A stretch of DNA of 64,000 nt from Sedimenticola sp. (GTDB taxonomy: Bacteria; Pseudomonadota; Gammaproteobacteria; Chromatiales; Chromatiaceae): NCBI RefSeq assembly GCF_050289425.1, contig NZ_JBNKFS010000005.1, forward strand, positions 88,475 through 152,474, read 5' to 3'. Position 1 is the first letter of the stretch, and each line of letters starts with the position of its first letter. The translations under genes and the position numbers were made by a program. This document shows positions 10,750 to 19,428 of the stretch, piece by piece. The notes under the pieces were generated by a model. The model worked only from the letters and a program-made list of their open reading frames with translations. It made no database searches and had not been told where the DNA came from.

Positions 10750-10939
10750 CGGATGAATTCCTGGTTATCCGAACTTGCCGGGTTCGGGGGAAGCTCTCCG
10801 CATTATAACGGTTCGCGGCGGGAGGTGATTTTATACCGACTGAAAAATAACCTGTTTTGTCATACATCAGCTGCAGACGGTCTCTCTGTACGCCCTGGCC
10901 GTGGCCGGGGTACCGCCGGGCCTCCGCTGATGCCGCAAG

Positions 10940-11128
10940 GTTACCTGTTGGTAACGCGTGAGCGCCATGCGCGCCGCCCCTACACCGGAGAAAACGAAGA
11001 ATACAGCGTTCCGATGGGGGCGGTTACGGGTGGGTAACACCGAATTACATTTGGCGTCAATGGGATAAATTCCAGTAAAATCATGATCTTGCCGCTAATT
11101 TTTGGTTTTCCTGTTACCGTTGGGTAAC
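10940..11128. promoter_or_regulatory. Three 16-bp palindromes GTTAC-N6-GTAAC (putative sigma54 activator binding sites)
   Basis: 10940-10955 GTTACCTGTTGGTAAC; 11023-11038 GTTACGGGTGGGTAAC; 11113-11128 GTTACCGTTGGGTAAC. Confidence 0.75.
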
Positions 11129-11229
11129 GCCTTGGCGCCTACTCTGTATCCCCTCATTCTGTAGCTGTGCGTGAAATTTGGAGAAATATTCAATTTTTAC
11201 AACAGGATATAAATCCCACTAAAGAACTG

Positions 11230-11245
11230 TGGTATAGGAAATGCT
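11230..11245 (+). promoter_or_regulatory. Sigma54 -24/-12 promoter of the molybdoenzyme operon
   Basis: TGGTATAGGAAATGCT = TGG-N10-GC; AT-rich spacer between it and the palindromes; a sigma54 activator is encoded in the cluster. Confidence 0.7.
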
Positions 11246-11355
11246 TTACGTCCGTGTGTTGGGGACGGGGCCGCACAGTACAAAACAATGGCGAACTGTT
11301 CCTGATGCCTGTCGGTGATTGACCGACTCACCAGTTGAATAGAGGAGGAATACCC

Positions 11356-12078
11356 ATGCCCGTTGGTCTCCAGGCTGAACCATCCCTGGGCGTGCCCGGT
11401 AAAAAACGTTGGGCCATGGTGGTCGACTTGCGTCGATGCATCGGCTGTATGGCTTGCGTGTGTGCTGACAAAGCTGAATACGATGTGCCGCTTGGCGTAT
11501 GGCGGACTATCGTTAAGGTCAAGGACACCGGCCACTTCCCCAATACCAAGCGTCATTTCATGCCGCGCTTGTGCAATCACTGCGACAACCCGCCCTGTGT
11601 TCGGAATTGCCCGACCGAGGCCACCTACAAGCACGAGGACGGCTTCGTGTTACAGCGCTATGAGCGCTGCATCGCCTGCCGCACCTGCGTCGCCGCCTGT
11701 CCCTACAACGCCCGCCACGTGCTGCCAAAAAATCGCGATCGCGTGAAGATCGGCGGCGTGGTGGACAAGTGTACTTTCTGCAACCACCGGGTCGAGAAGG
11801 GGTTGCAGCCCGCCTGTGTTCAGACCTGTCTGGGCCGTTCGCGTATCTTTGGCGATCTGAATGACCCCAACAGCGAGGTCTCCCGACTGGTGGCCCGGCA
11901 CAAGACGGTGGTGCTGAAACCCGACAAAGGCACGCGTCCCCAGGTGTATTACATCAAACCGGACCGCGCCCAGACCGAGCAGGTGTTTAGCGCCCCGCAC
12001 TCCTATGCCGCCCGTTCCGACGCCGAGGCTTTCTACCGGCGTAATCGGGGCAGCAAGTTCTTTTCCGGTGTCCTATAG
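11356..12078 (+). CDS. Four-cluster Fe-S electron-transfer subunit (TtrB/PsrB/ArrB-like)
   Basis: CIGCMACVCAD, CNHCDNPPCVRNCP, CIACRTCVAACPY, KCTFC..PACVQTC; RBS GAGGAGG. Confidence 0.92.
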   Translation: MPVGLQAEPSLGVPGKKRWAMVVDLRRCIGCMACVCADKAEYDVPLGVWRTIVKVKDTGHFPNTKRHFMPRLCNHCDNPPCVRNCPTEATYKHEDGFVLQRYERCIACRTCVAACPYNARHVLPKNRDRVKIGGVVDKCTFCNHRVEKGLQPACVQTCLGRSRIFGDLNDPNSEVSRLVARHKTVVLKPDKGTRPQVYYIKPDRAQTEQVFSAPHSYAARSDAEAFYRRNRGSKFFSGVL

Positions 12079-12089
12079 GGGAATGCATC

Positions 12090-12977
12090 ATGTTTGAATA
12101 CATGGAATACAACATCGCCCCCTGGGGGCGTGAAATCGTTATCTACTTCTTCCTGATCGGTGTCGCCGCCATGACCTTTGTGTACGCCGCCGCGCCGTCG
12201 GTGTTCGGCAATGTGTTCGGTGGTGTGGCAAAGTCGATGGAGCCGTTCCAGAAGATCGGATTGCTGGTTTCACTGATCCTGCTAGCCATCTGTGGCCCGC
12301 TGCTGATCATGGATCTGGGACAGCCGAGTCGCTTCCTCTACCCGATCCTCTATTTCCACTGGACCTCGCCGCTCTCCTGGGGGTCGCTGTTCCTCCCCTT
12401 GTTTGGTTTGTGCATTATCGGGTTCTACTTCGGGTTGATGAAGGGGAATCAGGGGATGATGCGCCTGACCGGCATACTGGGCTCGCTGCTGGCGCTCTCC
12501 ATGCCGCTCTATACCGGTCTCGATCTGATGGTACATCAGACACGCGAGTTGTGGAGTAATCCGACCATCCCACTGCTGTTCGTTATTCTCTCCATGAGCT
12601 CCGGCACCGCGGTGGTGGCGGTTATCCAGCTGCTGCGCGGTCAGCTCAATGAACTGTCCGTGGAGTTCCTGCACGCGTTTCTCTACCTGGCTCTGGCGGT
12701 TACCTTCGCGTTGTTCCTGGCGGAGTGGGTGGTGCTCAACTACGGCACCGGCGAGAAGCAACAGGCCTGGGAGATCATCAACCAGCAGTTCGGCTTCAAG
12801 TACTGGGGGATGACCTTCCTGATCGGCATTCTGGTACCGCTGGTGCTGGTTGCGCTGCCGAAGTTGGGCCGTGATCCCAGGGTTCTGACACTGGCGGCGG
12901 TGTTGAGCGCGGTGGGCGCCTACAGCTTCAGGGAAGTGCTGATCTATGCCGGTCAGCTCACCCAGATCAATTTCTGA
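12090..12977 (+). CDS. NrfD/PsrC-family membrane anchor
   Basis: WGREIVIYFFLIG, DLGQPSRF, SPLSWGS, YTG; multiple hydrophobic helices. Confidence 0.9.
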   Translation: MFEYMEYNIAPWGREIVIYFFLIGVAAMTFVYAAAPSVFGNVFGGVAKSMEPFQKIGLLVSLILLAICGPLLIMDLGQPSRFLYPILYFHWTSPLSWGSLFLPLFGLCIIGFYFGLMKGNQGMMRLTGILGSLLALSMPLYTGLDLMVHQTRELWSNPTIPLLFVILSMSSGTAVVAVIQLLRGQLNELSVEFLHAFLYLALAVTFALFLAEWVVLNYGTGEKQQAWEIINQQFGFKYWGMTFLIGILVPLVLVALPKLGRDPRVLTLAAVLSAVGAYSFREVLIYAGQLTQINF

Positions 12978-12987
12978 GGAGACAAAG

Positions 12988-15657
12988 ATGAGTGACTCTA
13001 TCAAATTCACCCGCCGCGATTTCATGAAATTCGGCGGCGCGGTGGGAACCGCGGCCGGCGCCCTGGGCCTGGCCAGCAGTCGCCTGGTCGCCATGGAGCA
13101 GGATCTGGGGGGTAAGGACTACTCACCGACCACCGGCACGGAGCGCCAGGCGGTGCCCTATACCTGCATGGCCTGCAACATCGAGGATGGGGGTGTCGCC
13201 TATGTGGAGAACGGCCGTATCGTCAAGCTGGAAGGCAACATGGACCATCCGAACACCCGCGGCAAACTGTGTGCCAAGGGCAATTCCGGCTTCCTGCATG
13301 TCTATGATCCGGACCGCATCATGACGCCGCTGTTGCGTACCGGCAAGCGCGGCGAGGGAAAGTGGAAACGGATCTCTTATGGCGAGGCCACCACCCTGCT
13401 GGCGAAGAAGCTGCGCGAGGTGATCGATCGTGCCAATGCCGAGCACAAGCCGGAGATCCTCAACGAGATGGTGTTCAAGTGGGGGCGGGACCGTACCGGC
13501 GGCGCGGTTGGCCGCTTCATGCACGCGCTCGGCTCCAATGCCATGCTCAACCACACCAATATCTGCGAATCCTCCAAGAAGGTCGGGCTGGAGCCCACCT
13601 GGGGTCCGGATATCGAATCCTGTGACTGGGCCAACACCAAGTACATCCTCAACTTCGGCTCTAACGTGCTGGAGACCGCCTATTTCATGAATCCAAATGC
13701 CCAGCGGTTGGTGGATGGCGTGGTCGGCAACAAGGCTAAACTGGTGAGCTTCGATGTGCGCATGTCCAACACTTCGGGCTTTGCCGACGAGGCTTATTTC
13801 CCTTATCCGGGCACCGACGGTGCCATCGCCCTGGCCATGGCCCACGTGATCATGAACGAGGGGCTGTACGATGCCGACTTCATTGCGAACTGGACCAATG
13901 TCAGCGCCAGGCAGCTGATCGATCATCTGAAGCCCTATACGCCGGAGTTCGCCGAAGAGGAGTCCGGGATGTCGGCCAAGGATATTCGCCGTATCGCCCG
14001 CGAGTTCGCCACCACCAAACCCGCCACCACCTTCTCCTACCGGGGACCCTGTAAGCACGTCTGGGGCTCCTACCAGGAGGCGGCGATCAACATGCTCAAC
14101 GTGATCACCGGCAACGTGGAGAAGAAGGGCGGCTACTGCCTGCCCCGCGGCATGGGCTGGCCGCAACCGCAGCCGGTGCCACCCAAGGGCAAGGCCGCAA
14201 GCCTGATCGCTGCGCCGCCGCACTATCCGCTGGCGTCGCACCATGTCTCTACCCACGCCCCTTACATGATCAAGAAGGGTGAGGCCAAGGTATCGGTGTG
14301 GATGACCTACTATGACAATCCGGTCTACACCTATCCGTCCAGCCACGTATGGAAGGAGATGCTGAGCGACGAAAAAACCGTCCCCTTCTACGTCTCCTTC
14401 AGTCCCTACATGTCAGAGAGCACCGAGCTGGCGGACCTGATCATTCCTGATGTCACCTACCTGGAGCGGCACGACCCCGAGTCGATGCCGGGTGGACTCT
14501 ATCCCTGCCTCTCCATCCGCCAGCCGGTGGTCAAACCGCTGGGCGGTACCCAGGAGTTTCGTCAAACCCTGATCGATGTGATCCACAAGGTGGATCCGGA
14601 CGGCTCCCTGGAGATCAAGAAGTACTTCGCCTTCAACAGCGTGGAGGATTGGATGCGCGCCCATTTCGACGCGATTCCCGGCCTCAAGGAGGACGGTGGC
14701 TGGGATTTCTTGAAGAAGAAGGGGGTCTGGCCCATCTATGGCGAGGTGGACAAGGTGACCGCCAAGATCGTGGACAAGAATGGCAACGAGGTAGAGCCCG
14801 ATTACGGTCTCTATACCAAGGAGCTCTCCGCCGCCGACATGGCCGGGGCCGAGGTCGATGCCGACGGAACCATCAAGAAGGACGGCCAGGCGATCGGCGT
14901 GCAGGTTAACGGCCACAACATGGTCGGTTTCGGCACCCCCTCGCGGCGCATGGAGATCTTCAAGTCGAGCTATAAAAAATACGGTTTCAACCCATTACCC
15001 GTCTACAAGCGCCTGCCCTCCCGGGACAAGAAGGCGGATGAATTGGTGCTCACCACCTACAAGGTGAATGTGCACACCCAGAGCCGGACCGCGTCGCTGA
15101 AATACCTGGCCGAGCTGTATCACAAGAATCCGGCCTGGATCAATCCGAAGACGGCTGCGGCACGCGGGCTCAGTGACGGTGACCTGATCCGGGTTACCTC
15201 CTCGCTGGGTTACGTCGTCACTCGCGCCCACGTCACCGAGGGGATTCACCCGGACGTGGTGGCCATCTCCACCGCCTGCGGCCACAGCGCCTACGGCCGT
15301 CTGGCCCAACTCAAACAGCGCACGCAGGCGGCAGAGTACGCCCAGGGTGGTGAGGCGGATATCGCCAACAACGTCTGGTGGAACGACAAAGGGGTGCATC
15401 CCAATCCCATCATCCGCCTGGCGGTCGACCCCATCGGCGGTTCCCAGGGCTGGTTCGACACAGTGGTGACCGTCTCCAAGGCGCAGCCGGGGGATCGGTA
15501 CGGAGACACCCACGCCAGTGTCGAGGCCTCGATGAAGGACTATGAGGAGACCCTGCGCTACGCCTACACCGGCGACATCCACCGAGCCAGGCACAAGGAG
15601 GTGGATATCGACTGGAACAGTCTCCCTGAACCGGAGCTTCACACCGGCGGTCATTGA
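12988..15657 (+). CDS. Tat-exported Mo/W-bisPGD oxidoreductase catalytic subunit (Arr/Arx/Ttr/Psr-related; substrate unknown)
   Basis: TRRDFMK Tat motif; Cx2Cx3Dx27C FS0 motif followed by AKG; YDPDRI, PGTDGA, ADLIIPDVTYLER, C-terminal MGD-binding domain; putative Mo ligand Cys in NHTNICES. Confidence 0.93.
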   Translation: MSDSIKFTRRDFMKFGGAVGTAAGALGLASSRLVAMEQDLGGKDYSPTTGTERQAVPYTCMACNIEDGGVAYVENGRIVKLEGNMDHPNTRGKLCAKGNSGFLHVYDPDRIMTPLLRTGKRGEGKWKRISYGEATTLLAKKLREVIDRANAEHKPEILNEMVFKWGRDRTGGAVGRFMHALGSNAMLNHTNICESSKKVGLEPTWGPDIESCDWANTKYILNFGSNVLETAYFMNPNAQRLVDGVVGNKAKLVSFDVRMSNTSGFADEAYFPYPGTDGAIALAMAHVIMNEGLYDADFIANWTNVSARQLIDHLKPYTPEFAEEESGMSAKDIRRIAREFATTKPATTFSYRGPCKHVWGSYQEAAINMLNVITGNVEKKGGYCLPRGMGWPQPQPVPPKGKAASLIAAPPHYPLASHHVSTHAPYMIKKGEAKVSVWMTYYDNPVYTYPSSHVWKEMLSDEKTVPFYVSFSPYMSESTELADLIIPDVTYLERHDPESMPGGLYPCLSIRQPVVKPLGGTQEFRQTLIDVIHKVDPDGSLEIKKYFAFNSVEDWMRAHFDAIPGLKEDGGWDFLKKKGVWPIYGEVDKVTAKIVDKNGNEVEPDYGLYTKELSAADMAGAEVDADGTIKKDGQAIGVQVNGHNMVGFGTPSRRMEIFKSSYKKYGFNPLPVYKRLPSRDKKADELVLTTYKVNVHTQSRTASLKYLAELYHKNPAWINPKTAAARGLSDGDLIRVTSSLGYVVTRAHVTEGIHPDVVAISTACGHSAYGRLAQLKQRTQAAEYAQGGEADIANNVWWNDKGVHPNPIIRLAVDPIGGSQGWFDTVVTVSKAQPGDRYGDTHASVEASMKDYEETLRYAYTGDIHRARHKEVDIDWNSLPEPELHTGGH

Positions 15658-15663
15658 CCCATC

Positions 15664-15699
15664 ACACCCCTGGCGTCCGTGACGCCGGGGGTGTCTTTT
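15664..15699 (+). terminator. Intra-operon hairpin with short U-tract after the catalytic subunit
   Basis: ACACCCCTGGCGTC-CGT-GACGCCGGGGGTGT followed by CTTTT. Confidence 0.55.
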
Positions 15700-15718
15700 C
15701 GGACTGGGAGGAGAAGAT

Positions 15719-16471
15719 ATGCAGACAACAACGACTTTGGCATCGGAAGCAATAATGGATAACAGCCTTGAGCATGAGCGGGTGACGGAGACTCGGGCTG
15801 TGGCGGCGCTGTTCGGCTTCCTGGCTCGCTGTCTCGAAGAGGAGGTGGATGCGGCTCTGATTGATCTGATCCGCGGTGAACTGCGCGGACCGCTGGCCAT
15901 GGCCGGCGTGGTATTCGACGAGGAGTTTCACCAGACCCCAACAGGGCCCCTGGTGGAGAGCCTGGCCGAGGAGTATACGGGGCTGTTTGTGGCACCCGGT
16001 TGTATCAGCCCCTACGCCTCTGTGGTCGAGACCGGCTGTATGTTCAATGAGCCGGCGGATCGCGCCATCGCGGCCTACAGCCAGGCGGGCTGGGACTATC
16101 GTAACCGCCTGAGCGGCGAATTCCCGGACCACATCGGCACCATGCTGGGCTTTTATGCCAAGCTGGCCAACGGCGAGGCGACGGCGCTGCTTGCCGGGGA
16201 TGGCGTACGGGCTGAGCAGCTCAGTACGCAGCGTGAGGCGTTCCTGCTGGAACAGCTGGCCGAGTGGTCGCCAGGCTGGTGCCGCCGTGCCGCCGCCGCG
16301 GCGTTATTGCCATTTTATAAACGGTTGTTGGAAATGGCCGAACAGGCGCTCTGGTCGGAGCTGGAGCAACGGGTCGATCGCCGGCGCCTGCGCGAACTGG
16401 CGGAGCTGAACCGGCGTGAACCCAAGCGCCTCGACTACGACGCCGATTTCCGCAAGGCCTCGGGTCTATGA
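15719..16471 (+). CDS. TorD/DmsD-family molybdoenzyme chaperone
   Basis: EYTGLF, PYASV, EFPDHIG motif, FL..QL..W; directly follows the catalytic subunit. Confidence 0.88.
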   Translation: MQTTTTLASEAIMDNSLEHERVTETRAVAALFGFLARCLEEEVDAALIDLIRGELRGPLAMAGVVFDEEFHQTPTGPLVESLAEEYTGLFVAPGCISPYASVVETGCMFNEPADRAIAAYSQAGWDYRNRLSGEFPDHIGTMLGFYAKLANGEATALLAGDGVRAEQLSTQREAFLLEQLAEWSPGWCRRAAAAALLPFYKRLLEMAEQALWSELEQRVDRRRLRELAELNRREPKRLDYDADFRKASGL

Positions 16472-17634
16472 ATGCGCCTGCTCCACGGGTGCTGCTGGTG
16501 GAGGGGTCCGGGCGCGGCTTCCTGAGCCACTACAGTCACGCCCTGGCGCTCGGGCTGCAGCGGGCCGGAATCGAGGCCCAGTTGCTGACCGGACGGCGTG
16601 ACGAACTGGGCGATTGGACGGTGCCCTTTCACAAGCAGGCTTGCCTCGATGCCGGCCGCCGCGGCTGGTGCTGCGTGCGCCGGCAGATCATTGAAACGCG
16701 CCCCGACATTGTCCACCTGCAGTGGGTCGACAATCCCTTCCGGGCGCTGCGCTTCGTGCGCTGGGCGCACGGGCAGGGGGTGCGGGTGGTCTATACCCCG
16801 CACAATATATTGCCCCATGAAAAGCGCTGGCTGATGATGCCCGCCTACCGCCTGTTGTATCGCATGATCGACCGGGTGGTGGCACGCGACGCATATCTGG
16901 CCTGGGCGTTGGAGGAGTTGCTGGATACCCCGGGGGAACGGCTGACGTTGCTGCCAGGGAGTCCCAACTTTCTGGCACTGCAATCGCTGCAAGGCCGGGA
17001 TGAACCGAGGGGCGATTCACCCGCACCGGCCAGGGATCCGGGTGAACATCGACTGCTGTTCTTCGGCCACGGCTGCCTGCGCAAGGGGCTGGATCGGCTG
17101 CTGGAAACCGTGGCCGGCAACCGCTGGCCCGGGACGATGCACCTGGTCGTGGCGGGTGAGGGGGTGCTGTACGGTATACCTGACGCGTTGCTGGAGACCG
17201 CCAGGCGTGCCATGCGCATCACCCTGATCGACCGTTACGTGGCGCCCCGGGAGGTCGCCGCACTGTTCCGGGACGCCGATCTGCTGCTGATGCCCTATGT
17301 CAAACAGTGCAAGAGTCCGCTGCTCGATCTAGCCGCCGCACTGCGTCTGCCGGTGTTGCGCTCCGACCGGGTGCAAGGCGCCGATTTTCGTGAAGGCGTG
17401 CACGGCCGTACTTTCTCCCACGACGATCATGCGGCCATGGAACAGCGCTTGAAGCAGACCCGTTGGCTGACCGGGGTGAGGGACAGTCTCGCGGCCATGG
17501 ATGATCCCCTTGCCGCTATCGACCGCCTCGCACGGGGACACCGTCAGCTCTATCTGAAAGTCCTCGCGAATCGTATCCCGGGAGGCGATGTGCATCGCGT
17601 CCCAGACTTTCTCGCACCAATTTCCGAGGTTTGA
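16468..17634 (+). CDS. GT-B fold (GT4-like) glycosyltransferase, divergent
   Basis: HYSHALA, PDIVHLQW, VYTPHNILPHE, LLFFG..RKGLDRLL, ADLLLMPY; ATGA overlap with the chaperone gene. Confidence 0.78.
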   Translation: MNAPAPRVLLVEGSGRGFLSHYSHALALGLQRAGIEAQLLTGRRDELGDWTVPFHKQACLDAGRRGWCCVRRQIIETRPDIVHLQWVDNPFRALRFVRWAHGQGVRVVYTPHNILPHEKRWLMMPAYRLLYRMIDRVVARDAYLAWALEELLDTPGERLTLLPGSPNFLALQSLQGRDEPRGDSPAPARDPGEHRLLFFGHGCLRKGLDRLLETVAGNRWPGTMHLVVAGEGVLYGIPDALLETARRAMRITLIDRYVAPREVAALFRDADLLLMPYVKQCKSPLLDLAAALRLPVLRSDRVQGADFREGVHGRTFSHDDHAAMEQRLKQTRWLTGVRDSLAAMDDPLAAIDRLARGHRQLYLKVLANRIPGGDVHRVPDFLAPISEV

Positions 17635-17825
17635 ATCCGTCATGCGCAACCGATTCAATGCAAGACTCCGGTACCCACTTGAGACAGGGATGTCTTACTT
17701 TTTTGGCCGCACACGTATGAAGCCGCGTTGGGTATCGCTGGCTCACCCGACGCAACTGTCGAGCGGTACAAGGATGTGTCGCACAGGGATTCAGTGCTTT
17801 TCCCCAGCCTTGAGGAGTACATGAG

Positions 17826-18263
17826 ATGGCGGGCGCGGGACAGACAGTGATCCTGATTGCGCACGAGCGCAAGCTGCCAGAGCTGATCAAGCTGATGAAA
17901 AGCCGGCTGGCGGTGTTCCAGGAGTACCGCCTGCTGGCCACCAGCGAAACCGGCGAGGCGATCGAACGCGAACTGGCGCTCGAAGTGACGCATCTCTTTT
18001 CCGGCAAAAAGGGCGGCGAAATCCAGCTCTGCGGACTGGTTTGTACCAACACGGTCCGGGCGGTCTATTTCATCCGCGACCCGGAGACACCGGCCGCAGA
18101 CGAACCGGATATCACGCCCTTTTACCGCGCCTGCGATCTGAACAACGTGCCGCTGGCGAGCAACATGGTCAGCGCTGTTGCCCTGACCCACTGGCTGGGG
18201 CGCAAGATCGCCGCGCCACTGGCGAAAATGGATATAGCCAGGGAGAACGCGGCATGCGAATGA
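17826..18263 (+). CDS. Methylglyoxal synthase-like (MGS fold) protein with altered catalytic residues
   Basis: LIAHE, ATSETG, SGKKGGEIQ, FIRDP, DEPD and NVPLASN align to the MgsA motifs AHD, ATGTTG, SGPxGGDxQ, FFxDP, HDPD and NIPxATN. Confidence 0.78.
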   Translation: MAGAGQTVILIAHERKLPELIKLMKSRLAVFQEYRLLATSETGEAIERELALEVTHLFSGKKGGEIQLCGLVCTNTVRAVYFIRDPETPAADEPDITPFYRACDLNNVPLASNMVSAVALTHWLGRKIAAPLAKMDIARENAACE

Positions 18264-19405
18264 CCAGATCCGAACAGGCCGCGGGTTACCTGCGGCTATC
18301 CGAAATGATCGTCGAGGAGGAGCTGTGCATCAATCTGCGCGGCCGCCTGGAGCACTGCACGCGTTGCCGCGACGTCTGTCCCTCCGATGCGCTCCGCCTG
18401 TCGGTCGATGCGGTGGATCTGGACCGGCAGAAGTGCACCGGTTGTAACAGCTGTCTGCCGAGCTGTCCGGCCGGTGCCCTACGCTCCAGCGGATTTCTCC
18501 CGGAACGTTTTGTCGCCGCCCTGGCGGGCCGTGAGCGGATCGATCTGCATTGTCGCGCCAGCACCGGCTCGGGCGGCGGTGTGGTCATCCCCTGCCACAG
18601 CGTGCTCGATGCGCGCCTGATCAGCGCGGCCCGGGCCGAGGGCGTGGAGACACTGGCTCTGCATGGTTTGGATCAGTGTGCCCAATGCCGTTACGGCGAT
18701 GCCCGCGACAGGCTGCGGCATCTGGCGGAAACCCTGGACGAATGGCTGGGCGAGGCGGCGCCGCGACTGGATCTGGAGCCCGTTGACGGGGCGCGCAAGG
18801 CAGCGCGCGAATACCAGGATCAACCCCACCTGAGTCGTCGTGCCTTTCTGCGATTCGGCGGCGCCCAGGCGGTGACCCAGGCGGCCGATTGGGTCGTACC
18901 GGGTCTCAGCCCGGATGAGGCGGATACGGAGGTGCTGCCTTTTTACCAGAGCCGCGTGTATCCGCAACGCACGGTCCAGTACCAGGCGGTGCTGGCAAGC
19001 CGGGTTGGCCGGGTGCCCTGGCGTGACGGAGCGCCACTGCCCTGGAAGCCACGCTCGGTCAACGCGTTGTGCAGTGGCTGTCTGGTCTGTGGGGAACGCT
19101 GTCCGACGGGTGCCCTGCAAGCCAGCGAGAGCGGTCAGGCACAGCAGCTGAGCTTCGACCCGCTGCTCTGCAGCGACTGTCTGCTGTGCGAGCGCATCTG
19201 TCCCGAAGGGGCGATGGCATCGCGTTCCGCGCTCACCCAGAATGAGCTGGAGATGGGTCGTTCGCTGTTGTTCCACCGCCGGCAACGGCCCTGCGGTCGT
19301 TGCGGTACCCCCTTCGTGCCGGAGGGGCCGACGGAGGAGAACTGCCGGGTTTGTGGTAACGAACAGGAGCTGGATGACGAGTGGCTCGACATGCTGTCCG
19401 GCTAG
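18260..19405 (+). CDS. Polyferredoxin-like 4Fe-4S protein (ArxB2-like architecture)
   Basis: CTRCRDVCP, CTGCNSCLPSCP, CSGCLVCGERCP, CSDCLLCERICP, C-terminal CxxC..CxxC; internal SRRAFL; ATGA overlap. Confidence 0.82.
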   Translation: MTRSEQAAGYLRLSEMIVEEELCINLRGRLEHCTRCRDVCPSDALRLSVDAVDLDRQKCTGCNSCLPSCPAGALRSSGFLPERFVAALAGRERIDLHCRASTGSGGGVVIPCHSVLDARLISAARAEGVETLALHGLDQCAQCRYGDARDRLRHLAETLDEWLGEAAPRLDLEPVDGARKAAREYQDQPHLSRRAFLRFGGAQAVTQAADWVVPGLSPDEADTEVLPFYQSRVYPQRTVQYQAVLASRVGRVPWRDGAPLPWKPRSVNALCSGCLVCGERCPTGALQASESGQAQQLSFDPLLCSDCLLCERICPEGAMASRSALTQNELEMGRSLLFHRRQRPCGRCGTPFVPEGPTEENCRVCGNEQELDDEWLDMLSG

Positions 19406-19428
19406 AGCCGCTTGGTTTCCCGGATAGT

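Noticed and set aside
12988-15657. Naming the catalytic subunit arxA, arrA, aioA or ttrA
   Set aside because: Diagnostic GRGWG and (R/K)GRY motifs are absent, there is no Rieske subunit, and the FS0 motif is atypical; phylogeny is needed
11356-15657. Selenocysteine recoding in the molybdoenzyme subunits
   Set aside because: No in-frame TGA; the putative Mo ligand is a TGC Cys and the substituted positions are Asp codons
12282-15900. Long antisense ORFs (12282-13094, 13123-14346, 14995-15900) and similar ones at 24700-25857, 26655-27515 and 30358-31326
   Set aside because: Shadow frames of GC-rich genes with no recognisable motifs
17588-17824. 78-aa ORF between the glycosyltransferase and the MGS-like gene
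   Set aside because: No RBS or motif and it overlaps the upstream gene; a small peptide cannot be excluded but is unsupported
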